Source: Candidatus Bathyarchaeota archaeon (lineage in GTDB: Archaea; Thermoproteota; Bathyarchaeia; Bathyarchaeales; Bathycorpusculaceae). From it: a stretch of DNA of 64,000 bases. Positions 42,049 through 53,363 of the stretch are shown piece after piece. The stretch spans positions 64,001 through 128,000 of the forward strand of contig CAWDYC010000004.1 of assembly GCA_963806535.1 (NCBI GenBank), given 5' to 3'. A program made the translations under genes and the position numbers. Under the pieces are notes generated by a model. It ran no database searches. It had not been told where the DNA came from and was given only the letters and a program-made list of their open reading frames with translations. Numbering within the stretch: the stretch's first letter is position 1; every line of letters starts with the position of its first letter.

Positions 42049-45000
42049 ATGGTTTCACTCTTGTTGAGTGAGCAATGGCGGAGAAAACCGTGGCAGATCG
42101 AGCTTCAGAAAAATCCAGAAATATTCACTGTTAAAGAGAATGTACCTGTAGCGAAGCCTCCTATAACCGCTGAAGAAGCATTAACTCTGCCCGCAACTGA
42201 AGTGCTTTCTCGTTTGGCGACTTCAACGCAAGGTCTTAATTCGGAGGACGCAACTGAGCGTTTAAACGTTTATGGTACTAATGAGCTGGCGCATAAACAA
42301 AAGCGTACTGGCATAGTTAGTTTTCTTTTGCATTTTAAGAGTCCTCTAATCATAATTCTATTAATTGCCGCTTCTATAGCTGGAGCTTTAGGTGACCTTT
42401 CAGATTTTACCATCATTTTCGTTATCGTCATCATCAGTGTAAGCATCGATCACTACCAAGAATCAAAAGCTGAAAACGCTGCTGAATTGCTTAAAGAAAA
42501 AGTCTCAACCACAGCCACAGTGCTTCGAGATAACACCAAACATGGAGATTAAACTATCACAAATTGTTCCTGGAGACATAATATCTCTTTCAGCTGGTGA
42601 CATTGCCCCTGCAGACGCAAGAATTATTGCAGCGAAAGATTTTTTCATAAATCAAAGCTCGTTAACTGGCGAATCTTTTCCAGTTGAAAAAAATGCTAAT
42701 CCCTTAACATCTTTGAATTTAGCAAATAGCTCCATCACTGAATGGAACAATTACCTGTTTATGGGTACCTCAGTTGTCAGCGGATCCGCTAATGCGGTTG
42801 TAGTTAAAACTGGCGGCATGACTGAATACGGGAAAATCGCTAAGAAACTGGTTGCAAAGCCTCCTGAAACCGAGTTTGAACGAGGCATAAAAGGATTCAG
42901 CTATCTCATAATGCAAATCACTTTCATATTGATAATTTTTGTTTTTCTTGTAAATGCTTTGTTTAGGCATGGTTTAGTTGATTCATTGCTGTTTGCTGCC
43001 GCTCTTGCAGTCGGATTAACGCCTGAACTTCTGCCCATGATCATTACGATGAACCTTTCAAGAGGCGCCATAAACATGTCGCGAAAAGGTGTCATCGTTA
43101 AGCATTTGCCTTCCATAGAAAACTTTGGCAGCATGAACGTTTTGTGCACAGACAAAACAGGCACACTTACTGAAAACCGAATCACTTTGGTTTTGCATGT
43201 TGATTGGGAAGGACACGATGATGACAAAGTCTTATTGTATTCCTACTTGAACAGTTACTATCAAACAGGCTTGAAAAGTCCACTTGATGAAGCAATCCTT
43301 GTCCATAAGGAAACGGGTATGGAAGGATATCAGAAAATCGATGAGGTTCCATTTGACTTTATTCGAAGAAGAGTTTCTGTTATCGTTGAAAAAGATAGAC
43401 AACGATTTTTAATAGTTAAAGGTGCACCAGAAGAAATTTTGAAGGTTTCAGAATTTTGCGAGCTAAACGGTTTAGTTTCTGACGTTAGCGAGGAACTGCG
43501 CAAAAAAATTGAGCAGAAATATTTTGACTTAAGTTCTGAAGGCTTAAGAGTTCTAGGAGTTGCTTACAAAAAACTTCGAGAAGAAAAAACTACTTACTCA
43601 GTCAATGACGAAAAAGACATGGTTTTTCTTGGCTTTGTTGCTTTTCTTGACCCGCCTAAACAAACCGCTAAAGAATCATTGGAGCTTTTAGCTAAAGAAG
43701 GCATTGAGCTAAAAATTCTAACTGGTGACAATGAACTTGTTACCCGAAAAATCTGCGAGCAACTTGGCTTTGAAATAAAAGGTGTAGTTCTTGGAACTGA
43801 TATTGCCCAGATGCATGATGATGCTTTAGCTCGTGTTGTTGAGGAAGCTAATGTTTTTGCAAGGGTAAATCCAGTTCAAAAAGACCGAATAATCAATTTA
43901 CTAAAAGATAACGGGCATGTTGTCGGGTTTATGGGTGACGGCATCAACGATGCTCCTTCACTTAAAACCTCAGATGTCGGCGTTTCAGTCAATAATGCGG
44001 TTGATGTTGCAAAAGAATCAGCAGATATTATTTTGCTGGAAAATGACTTGACCGTTCTTGCCCAAGGTGTGTTGGAAGGAAGGAAAACTTTCGGCAACAC
44101 CATGAAATATGTTATGATGGGCATAAGCTCCAACTTCGGAAACATGTTCAGTGTAGCTGGCGCCTCGCTGTTTTTGCCTTTCCTTCCTATGTTGCCTGTT
44201 CAAATTCTATTAAACAATCTGCTTTACACGCTTTCTCAGACCACTATAACATCTGATAACGTTGATGATGAGTACATTGAACGACCAAAGCGATGGGATA
44301 TTTCATTTATCAGAAATTTCATGATTGTTGAGGGACCAATTAGCTCGATTTTTGATTATCTTAACATTTTTCCTTATGCTGTTTGTCATCGTTCCTATGT
44401 TTGCGTTTTTGCCTCAGCTACAAAGGGAGCATTTGTTCCAGACCGCGTGGTTTGTGGAGTCTCTGTGTACTCAGACTTTGGTTGTGTTTATCATTCGAAC
44501 AAGGACTTCGCCGTTCTACAAGAGTAAACCTGGCAAGTACTTGGTCTTTAGCTGTCTTGCTGTTGTTGCCATAGCTTTAATTCTACCTTACACAGAGGTT
44601 GGCAAAATATTCAGCTTCTATCCTCCTCCACTTGCTTTCTACGCTGCTTTGGCGCTTATGATAGCGGCCTACCTGTTTCTAGCTGAAGTTGTGAAAAAAT
44701 GGTTCTACAAACGATTTGCTTTCAGAATTGAGCAGGCTTTGGTTCCCAGAAGAAAAGGCTTCTATCTAAGCAAGAATGCACGGTTGGTGCAGGATATAGC
44801 TGCAGTTGTGTGTTTGCGTGAAGAAAACGAAATTTCACTTGATTCTCTGCTTGAAGATCTATCCAGAAGCTTAAACTATCCTATTGATTCAGACCGAGTT
44901 TACCAAAATCTTCAGCATCTTCGCCGAGGCGGCTTAATTGACGTAGACTGGCATAATCGAGTAATCAAAAGAACCGGACCAATCAAAGAATACATTACAA

Positions 45001-45131
45001 AACAGGTTGTTTCCAGCCGTATGTGGCCTTTAATTTCAGATGATTGGATACGCATAAACAAATCGATTCAAGACAAATACGGCAAAGTCAACCCTGACTT
45101 CCAAGACCTTCTATCGCCAAGAAAAAGTTAA
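42049..45131 (+). CDS. mgtA: Mg2+-importing P-type ATPase with extra C-terminal domain (frameshifts near 42545 and 44370)
   Basis: TGES, LTPELLPMI, DKTGTLT, PFDFIRRR, GDGINDAP, SSNFGNMFS, WFVESL. Confidence 0.92.
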
Positions 45132-45470
45132 GCAGCTGCGTGCGAATTACGGATTTTATTTGTTTCATTTGATAAGCTGAAATGATACTTTTTGTGTTAC
45201 TGTTTTTCAAAATAGGTCAAATGGTTTCATGATCTGGGAGTCTAGTGTTTTTCTATTTTGGTGTGGTTTGGTCGTGGTAAACTATCTTTTCAGTTTCATT
45301 TGAGAGTTTTTGATTTTCTTATGTTAAATTATCTTCATTTTGTCTTCCTTGAAATTCAAAATAAGAGGGAGCATATGGGCGGTTGATTATTCTTTGTAGG
45401 TAATGAAAACTGAGTGGCATTACAAGTAAATTTATCTACTTGCATACATGTTCATTGGGTGGTTATTTTG

Positions 45471-45679
45471 ATGCCAGAAACAACAACAATTCGAGTTTCA
45501 AAAAAACCGCCGAAGCCCTTGTGCAACTTAAAGAAAAACTAACCGCAGAAAGCCTCGACGAAGCAATACAATCACTAGTCAAGAAACAACGCAACACAAT
45601 TTTAGAAAAAGCCTTCAGCATAGATTCCACAAGAATATCGTCTTTTTCGGAGGAAGACCGCGGTGAAGACCGTAATTGA
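45471..45679 (+). CDS. vapB: VapB-type antitoxin (indel in A-run at 45500)
   Basis: MPETTTIRVSKKTAEAL; overlaps PIN gene. Confidence 0.75.
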
Positions 45680-46068
45680 CTCATACGCTTGGATCGAACT
45701 CTTTATCGGAAGCACAAAAGGCAGAAAAGTCAAAGAAATAATAGAAAATGCTGATGAAATTTACAAGACTGACACTTCTTTGGCAGAGATAGCCCGCAAA
45801 TACATTCGAGAAGGCATTGAAGAAAAAATAGTCACCGCGCGGCTAAATCAAATAGTTAGGGCTTCAACCATAACTTGCTTGGATGCTAAACTGGCGTTGA
45901 AATTCAGCTAGATGCTATATTGAGCTTGCAGATAATGCTCGAAAAACAAAGTTAAGTACGTCCAGTCTTTTTGATGCAATAATTTTAGCAATCGGCAGGT
46001 CGCTTGAAGCAAAGATTGTGACTGGAGATGAGCACTTTAAATCCTTGCCCGAAACAATTTGGATATAG
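45663..46068 (+). CDS. vapC: PIN-domain toxin (frameshift near 45903)
   Basis: VIDSYAWIE, SLFDAIILA, IVTGDEHF. Confidence 0.88.
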
Positions 46069-46103
46069 CCAAAACTAAAACAGAAAAAGTTAAATGCAAA
46101 TTG

Positions 46104-47112
46104 CTAACGCGCCAAAGCAATCCATAAATGGTCTGAAACTGGTCTTGGCAGCATCTCAGCCGAATCGTCACTATGCATCAAAATGCGTTTGTTTGGGTTC
46201 GGATTGAATTCGCCTATTACGTCAGCGTAAATATGCTCTTGACCTAAAGCATCCAATATTTTGTCTGCAGATTCCGGCTCAGCAGCTATCAGTAGCGCGC
46301 CTGAACTAATCAGTTGCAGCGGGTCAATCTCGTAGTATCGGCAAATTTTGGCGGTTTCAGGTTCAACAGTTATTTTTTCTTGAAAAACTCGGATGCCTAA
46401 GCCCGCAGCGTCTGCCATCTCGTGAATGCCATTTAATATTCCGCCTTCAGTTGGATCATGCATGGCGTGGACTCCGCCTGTTCTGTAAGCGGTTAAGGCA
46501 TCTTTCACTACGCTTATTTGATTAAAGAAATGTTTGGCGCTATCAAGCATTTCAGGGTTAAAGACTTTTGAAAGTTGTTCTTCACGATCAGAAGCCAAAA
46601 TTGCTGTGCCTTCAATTCCAGCGCTCTTCGTTAAGATCAGTTTGTCTCCTGTTTTAGCGCCTGCCGCAGTTACGTATTTGCCTTTTTCTGTTAAGCCCAT
46701 GATGCAGCCGACAACGATGGGATTAGCTAAACCAGGTGTTGATTCGCAGTGTCCACCCACGATGGCTATTCCAAGTTCTTTTGCTGCCATATGCATTTGC
46801 GTGCTTATGGTTTCAACTATTTTGCTGTCCGCGTTTTCTGGCAGAAGGAGGCATGAGAAGAAAAAGGCTGGTTCAACCCCGAAAGTGGCAACGTCGTTAG
46901 CGTTTATGTTGATGGCTTCCCAGCCGATGCGTTCAACTGCCCCCGTGATGGGATCCATTGAAACAATAGCGTTTTTGTTTCCAACATCTAAAACAGCGCC
47001 ATCTACTCCAGCGGCTGGACCTAAAACGACTTCGCCACGTTCGTGCGCCTAAGTTTTTGAATACAACTTCTTTTAGAATATCTATGGGGATTTTTCCAGG
47101 CGGCAGCTTCAT
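46104..47112 (-). CDS. AIR synthase/HypE-related protein (frameshift near 47045)
   Basis: DPITG, NANDVAT, VGGHCE, HDPTEGG, SSGALLI; no C-terminal PRIC. Confidence 0.88.
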
Positions 47113-47125
47113 AACTTATCCTCTG

Positions 47126-47687
47126 TTAAATCGAGCTTTTAAGCTGTGGGAAAACGCGCAAAACCGCATGCATCACTGGTACAGCAACTACTAAGCCAAT
47201 TAGCATCTGAACAATGTTGAAGGGAACTTCAATCGCCGCCAAAGCGAAAGGATAACCCAGGACAAGAGTTTCGTAGAGGAAGTATCCTAAAACCATCTCA
47301 AAACCGGCAATAACAATTGCTATTGTGGCGCTGATCGTGATGTTTTTGATTTTTTGGTTTATTTTCTTATATAGAAAGCCGACAAGAAAGCCTTCGATAG
47401 CTTTAATTGTAAACGTGCCGGGTGCAAACTGTGCTGCTACAAGGGCGTCGGCGATCGTTGCTCCGGCACCTGCTACGGCGCCAACTAATGGTCCAAACAA
47501 GCAAGGCTGCTACATAGATGAGTGTCTCGCCAAGATTGAAGTATCCGCTGGTAGCGGGAATTGGAACTACAAACAAAAGTGTGGCTGCCGCGACGAGTGC
47601 TGCAAAGATGGCGGCTGCTGCAATCTTGAATGCTGCTGATGGGGCAAAGCCTGTGGAATCGGTGCTGGGCTTTTGTTTGTTACTCAT
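47126..47687 (-). CDS. ECF transporter S component (frameshift near 47500)
   Basis: IPATSGYFNLGE, FGPLVG, APGTFTIK. Confidence 0.85.
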
Positions 47688-47759
47688 TACTTCACAGCCT
47701 AAGGTTTCAGGGGCTATTTTATTTGACAGGCGCATATAAAAGTATAATCGCCGACTTGC

Positions 47760-47880
47760 TTGAAACTTTAATGTTTTTGAAAGAACAACAGTTACTGTTG
47801 GCTCCGGGTATTATTCTTCTTTGATAGAAGAAGTAGGAAGGCTGGAATTAGCACCTGTGCCCTACTTCTTCTAAGCTTAG
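47760..47880 (+). ncRNA. Structured leader/sRNA candidate, copy B, with micro-ORF (M)APGIILL (47798-47824)
   Basis: Homologous to reverse complement of 27150-27260; GAAACTTTAAT promoter-like box 31 nt upstream of the TTG. Confidence 0.55.
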
Positions 47881-47967
47881 GTTGAAATGCATCTAAAAAC
47901 CAAACAGCAAAAGAGGAAAATCTAAATGGAAGTTCACGGCAAAATAAACACGACAGAGTGACAAGTC

Positions 47968-48370
47968 ATGACCGAAAGAGAAGACCCAATAAAAATGCAT
48001 AAACAAGGAATTTCCCTAATGGAAAACGGCAAATATGAAGAAGCCAAGAGACATCTTCATCAGAACCGCTGAACTATACTATAAAGGACAAAACTATTTT
48101 GGCGCAGCAGAAATGTACTACAAAGCCGGCGAAGCAGCTGTAGCCCTAAAAGACTGTGCGAAAGGTGCCGAGCTCTTTATGAAATCCGCTGAAGTCGCGT
48201 TTAGCAAAGCCTTTGACAGATACGGCTTAAGCGGACTTGAACAAGCTAGAGACTGCCAAAAAACTTTGGGTAACACGAAAGAAGTAGAGGAACTTAAAAA
48301 GAAAATCAAGGAAATCAACGACAAACAAAAAGAACCCGAAGGCGAATCAACATTCTCAGTATTCTCTTAA
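47968..48370 (+). CDS. TPR/SNAP-like helical repeat protein (frameshift near 48047)
   Basis: Repeated A-E-x-Y/F-x-K-A/S-A helices. Confidence 0.7.
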
Positions 48371-48479
48371 AATCTCTATTTGCCAATAGAGATCGTTTAA
48401 GCTTAGTTTTACCCCAAATTTTCATTATTTTAGTTTTAGAGAAACAGCTTGTTTGATGGTTTTTTGTACAGTTTTTTAT

Positions 48480-49019
48480 AAAAAACCTAGCAGAATACCT
48501 GCCGCGTTAGCGGCAGGATGAATGCGTCTAACCCGCAGTTCTATTAGTTCTACCAAACGATAGGTCTGTCACCATTAGATAAGGAGGTGAGAGACCTGGA
48601 GAAAGCAAGATCATGTGCCTACCAAGCCAACTACCACCTTATCTGGGCCACTAAATACCGGCGCAAGGTACTTTTGGGCTCAGTTGAGGTTAGATTGGAG
48701 GAAGTACTTAAAACGATTGCTACTAATCACGGCTTTCAACTGCTAGCTGCTAAAGTTCATCATGGCGATCATATTCATGTGTTTGTTTCTGCTCGTCCAA
48801 AGCTTTGTATACCTGAGATGGTGCGTGTTTTGAAGTGTAATTCTTCTAAACTGCTGTTTGAGGAGTTTCCTGAAATTAGGTTGCAGCTTTGGGGTGGGCA
48901 TTTGTGGTCTGAGGGTTATGCTGTAAGGACTGCAGGCGTTGTTACTAGTGCGAAAATAGAAGAATATATCAACAAAAATTAGATGTGGATGCTCGCCTCG
49001 GAAGAGGCGAGTACTTCAC
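48480..49019 (+). mobile_element. IS200-group element (IS200/IS605 family, no tnpB)
   Basis: Left hairpin CCTGCCGC-GTTA-GCGGCAGG 48498-48517, right hairpin CTCGCCTC-GGAA-GAGGCGAG 48992-49011 flanking tnpA. Confidence 0.9.
48587..48982 (+). CDS. tnpA: Y1 HUH transposase
   Basis: YHLIWATKYRR, DHIH, LWSEGY, IEEYI. Confidence 0.95.
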   Translation: MRDLEKARSCAYQANYHLIWATKYRRKVLLGSVEVRLEEVLKTIATNHGFQLLAAKVHHGDHIHVFVSARPKLCIPEMVRVLKCNSSKLLFEEFPEIRLQLWGGHLWSEGYAVRTAGVVTSAKIEEYINKN

Positions 49020-49248
49020 TTTTTAAGTTGCTTTTTTGTAACAGATTTTAGTTTCTTTGCAGGTTGAGTCAAAAAAAGATCAAGGCAAATTGTGAGGAAG
49101 CAAAAGCCAACAACAGGATAATTCTGTTTTTGCAGCAAATTTATGGAACTGTTTTTTCTAACCAAAAGGATTGACCGAGTCAGTATTTGAGATTCATAAT
49201 GGATTTATTGCGAGTTTCAACAACAGTGTTTAAATTGGAGCCTTAGCT

Positions 49249-49597
49249 GTGCAAAAGTCTCAACAAAATGATAGAATTAACGTTAATATTGCAGAGTTAG
49301 AATCTTCAAACAAACAGAAAAGAATACGTGTTTTGCATGTTGACGATGACCAATGCATACTTGAAGTCTCAAAACAAATCCTAAATGATACGGGAAACTT
49401 TGAAATTGACTCAGCCAACAGCGTCGACGAAGGCTTCAAGAAACTATCAGCTGATCAATATGATGTTGTAATTTGATTTTCACATGCATCAAAAGGACGG
49501 TTTGCAATTTCTAAAAGAGTTACGCGAACAAAACAACGATATCCCCTTCGTATTGTTCACTGGAAAAGGAAGAGAAGAATTAGCAATAACAGCGCTC
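49249..49597 (+). pseudogene. Truncated response-regulator receiver domain
   Basis: VLHVDDD, YDVVI then stop/frameshift at phosphoacceptor, DGLQFL, FTGKGREE; ends after AITAL. Confidence 0.8.
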
Positions 49598-49822
49598 TAC
49601 GTCTCCTTCGACGTATTTTGCAACTTTCGCAGGATCAAAGTTATCAATTGCTTTTCTAAAAGCGTCTCTCTTCTTGAGTATTATCAATCAAGAAAGTCCT
49701 GCTTGAAAGCAGTCTAAAACCAAAAACTCAAACAACTTGTTATCGTCGTGGACGGGAACACCCCACTCTTTGTCATGGTAATTTATGTAAAGTGGATTGT
49801 CAGTGTTCCAGCATCTATTCAA
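49591..49822 (-). pseudogene. tag: 5' fragment of DNA-3-methyladenine glycosylase I
   Basis: Hand translation YHDKEWGVPVHDDNKLFEFLVLDCFQAGLS*LIILKKRDAFRKAIDNFDPAKVA; TGA at conserved Trp (49688-49690). Confidence 0.88.
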
Positions 49823-50140
49823 TTTAGCATTCAGGGACTATTTTCACATCACTCTATACTGCATACAATCGTTTTCAACAATCATTTTCTAACTAGATTT
49901 TGATTTAAATGTTTTTCATGATTGAATTGGACTTGTAATGCGCGCGAATATATCCCATATGCGATGGAGGATTTGAGTGAAGCTGGAAAAATTCAGGTTT
50001 CAAAACTTTCGAATAAGAAACAGATGACTTTCGACATATTCCGATTCTGGAAATACCCTTCTTAAGCTAGACAACCGACTTCTTGTTTGAGGAGAAAGGG
50101 GAGCTTCTCACTCAAAGAAACATATTGAGAGGTAAGACTT

Positions 50141-50239
50141 ATGATCGAAGAAATCTTTAACGAAATATTAGACAGTGAAGACGGGGACTATATCATCAAA
50201 GCTCAAGTGCTTGCAATTATGAAACCGGATGGCTGGTAA
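50141..50239 (+). CDS. 32-aa acidic microprotein
   Basis: MIEEIFNEILDSEDGDYIIKAQVLAIMKPDGW with GAGGT RBS. Confidence 0.45.
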   Translation: MIEEIFNEILDSEDGDYIIKAQVLAIMKPDGW

Positions 50240-50461
50240 CACTTTACTGATACTCTAAAAGTGTTCACACTGCAAAATAGGCAGACAAGTTACTTTTATG
50301 ATACTTAATATTAATAGTTTCATCAATACTTCGTCAAATTCTCTTTGTTAGTTAAAAAACTAAAACTTCGTTCAGACCAAAAAAATATTGCTTCAAGTTG
50401 AAGTAAAAAACACCATAATTTACTTTATCTATTCTTGAAATGACTTAATCTTTCATCTTAA

Positions 50462-50584
50462 TTAAGCATGAATTTGTTGAGGTTCCATGCATGAGTAATG
50501 CTTAATATGGCATTCTTCTTTTGGGCATCCTTCACAGCTGCTAAAGTTTGCTTTCTGGCACGGTAATGTATAAGCGCGGTCCAT
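50462..50584 (-). CDS. 40-aa Cys-rich microprotein
   Basis: MDRAYTLPCQKANFSSCEGCPKEECHIKHYSCMEPQQIHA. Confidence 0.45.
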   Translation of the reverse strand: MDRAYTLPCQKANFSSCEGCPKEECHIKHYSCMEPQQIHA

Positions 50585-50745
50585 GATTTTTGTCACTTCC
50601 CTGTTTTTGTATTATATAGTGTGTCTTGATATATGAAGTTGCTTAAAAGTTTTACTAAAAATTGCTAAACAAACATTTTTCAATAATTAATTAAATAAGG
50701 AGCCTGCACGCTATTTCTAATAGAGAAAATTTTTCGGTTACTTTT

Positions 50746-52446
50746 ATGCCTGCACTATTCAAATCTCTCTCTGAACTTCTCGAAAAAGTAGAAGCAACAA
50801 AAAAACGGCTTGAAATCATAGATTTAACCGCAAACTACCTAAAAACGCTCAGTCCTGACGAAATCGAATCAGCCACAAACATGATGGTTGGCAGAGCCTT
50901 CCCAAAATACAGCCAAAAAACTTTGGATGTAAGCTGGTCAACCCTGACCCAAGTTTTAGAGCGAACAAGCCAGTTTGACTGGAACCTTTGGCGCCAAGCC
51001 ATGGCAACTACAGGCGACATCGGCTCAGCAACTAAAACCGTTCTTGAACAAACCAAAGCAAAAAAACAAATGCAACTCACAGAAAAATCCTTAACCATAA
51101 CCGAGGTCAGACGAGCCCTTGAAGCCATCGCTCAAGCCTCAGGCGCAGGCTCAAGAACAAGAAAAGAACGCCTAATAACTACTCTTTTTAGCCAAGCCAC
51201 TCCCGTTGAGGCCAAATATCTTGTCAAAATTTTCACAGGCGAAATGCGCACAGGACTTCATGAAGGACTTGATGGAGCAAGCCGTCGCCAAAGCCTTCGA
51301 TGTGCCTCTTCAAAAAGTGCAGCATGCAAGCATGGTACTAGGCGACATAGGCGAAGTAGCAGCAACGCTCAAAACCCAAGGCTTAGACGGCTTGGATAAA
51401 GCAGGCTTTAGCGTTTTTAGACCGGTTAAACTTATGCTTGCTCAGACAGCCCAAACAGTTGCTGAAGCGTTGACAGAGCATGGCGGCAAAACGGCTTTGG
51501 AATACAAGTACGATGGTGCAAGGGTTCAAATTCACAAGCAGAACGGCGAGGTGCAGGTTTTCAGCAGAAGACTTAGCAATGTGACGGAAAGTCTGCCAGA
51601 AATCGTTGAAATTATTAAACGCAACATCACAGCTCCTTCCGCGATTGTTGAAGGCGAAGTAGTCGCTATTGGACAGTGCTGGTTTCCCGATTGCGTTTCA
51701 ACATTTAATGCGCCGCTTCAAACGAACACGCGGCGTCGCAGATATGGCTCAGAGAATCCCATTAACTCTTTACCTGTTTGATATTCTCTACCTTAACGGT
51801 GAAAGCCTAATCGCAAAACCCTACATTGAGCGCAGAAAAATCTTAGCAGAAAACGCTGGAAAAATATCTCTCAAGCAAACAAATCATCACCGATAAAATC
51901 GAAGAAGCAGAGGGTTTTCTTAAAGAAGCCACAGCCGCGGGGCACGAAGGATTAATGGCGAAAAAACTTGACAGCCCATACACGCCTGGACGCAGAGGAA
52001 AAAAATGGTTGAAAATCAAAACAGTCCTCGAAACCTTAGACCTCGTAATCACGGCCGCTGAATATGGATATGGGAGACGAAAAGGCTGGCTCTCCGATTA
52101 CTACTTGGCGGCAAGAGACCCAGAAACAGGCGAATTTTTGAATCTGGGCAAAACTTTCAAGGGTTTAACCGACGCCGAAATCATCGAGATGACTAAGCAA
52201 TTAAAGGCTTCTGCAGTTGAGCAGGAAGGGCATCGTGTTGTGGTTATTCCCAAAATCGTGGTTGAAGTCACTTACAACGAGATTCAGAGGAGCCCCAAAT
52301 ACAAAAGCCAAATGGCGCTTCGGTTTGCACGAATCACCCGAATAAGAGACGACAAAACACCAGAAGAAGCCGACACAATCAACAAAGTTAAGGAAATCTA
52401 TGAAAGGCAGTTCAAGACAAAAGGCAATTTCCCAGAAATATATTGA
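50746..52446 (+). CDS. lig: ATP-dependent DNA ligase (several frameshifts)
   Basis: EYKYDGAR motif I, FDILY, EGLMAK, WLKIK, ALRFARI..IRDDK. Confidence 0.96.
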
Positions 52447-53363
52447 TTTTGGTCAAGAGAATTTTGAATCAATAAAAAATTGAGAAAAGCTCGCGTTTTT
52501 CATTCCGTATTGAAATTTAACTTGCAGCATTGACATTCACGTTGTCGATTATGAAACCTGTGGCACCTTAAACTGCAGGAGGCAGATCAATCTCCGCTAA
52601 GTTGAATGGTTGACCTCCGGAATTAAGCGCCAGTATGCCTTCTGGATAAATATCCATGTCGTTTCAATGCCATTTGCAGTTGTTGGCGTTCCTATTATAA
52701 TCGAATTGGAATTAAGATACGCAGTAAGTCTCATTGTGCTCCTATTTGTTACGCCGCAACCAAATCCCAATTAACTAGGTCAGTATTAACAAAAAAATCT
52801 ACAATAACTCTGGGATGCAGAATCGAAATCTGTAATGTTTGAAGATTCATTAAAGTGTAAATTAAGAATCCTAATAGAAAAAGCTAATCAACAGAAAAAT
52901 TGTACCAAAGTTCTTTTCTGTTTCAACATCATATTGAGAATTAAAAAAGGAAAAAAGGAATTAAGTATATTGATACTTTGCTTTATAAGGATTGCAGAAA
53001 AAGAGATTTTGCTCTTCATTAGCTAACTTAGAATTTCTCGTTATGCGATAAAACGAAAACATTAAGATTCATTAAAGCAAAACCAACCATCCATAATAAT
53101 ATTGCATAAAACATTAAGTCGAAATAAGCAGGTAAACACCCTAAAGTCAGAAACATAACAGCGAAAGTACCCAGGATTTTTCCATTTTTTCGCAATTTGC
53201 TTCAACAATATTTAGCTGAACAATGAAAATAAGTCTTGTTAACAGAAAATATAGATTCTAAATATGTTTGCCTTTTTTCTAATGCTAAGATTTCACGATT
53301 GGGATACGATCTAATACAATCCAGATGATGCAGAGCAGAGATATATATTTGATATGGTCCTAA

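Noticed and set aside
46104-47112. Second hypE
   Set aside because: Lacks the C-terminal PRIC cysteine; it is the separate AIR-synthase-related family.
47836-47856. Resemblance of AGGCTGGAATTAGCA to SRP RNA helix 8 or to a SECIS
   Set aside because: The stem around GGAA is too short and unpaired for helix 8, no other SRP helices are present, and the element is not 3' of a TGA-containing gene.
48983-49250. tnpB or omegaRNA next to tnpA
   Set aside because: The right-end hairpin follows tnpA within about 10 bp; no RuvC-like ORF.
49688-49690. TGA read as Trp (alternative genetic code)
   Set aside because: TGG is used for Trp throughout, TGA terminates intact genes (rpl29, rpl32e, cmk), and the tag gene is truncated anyway.
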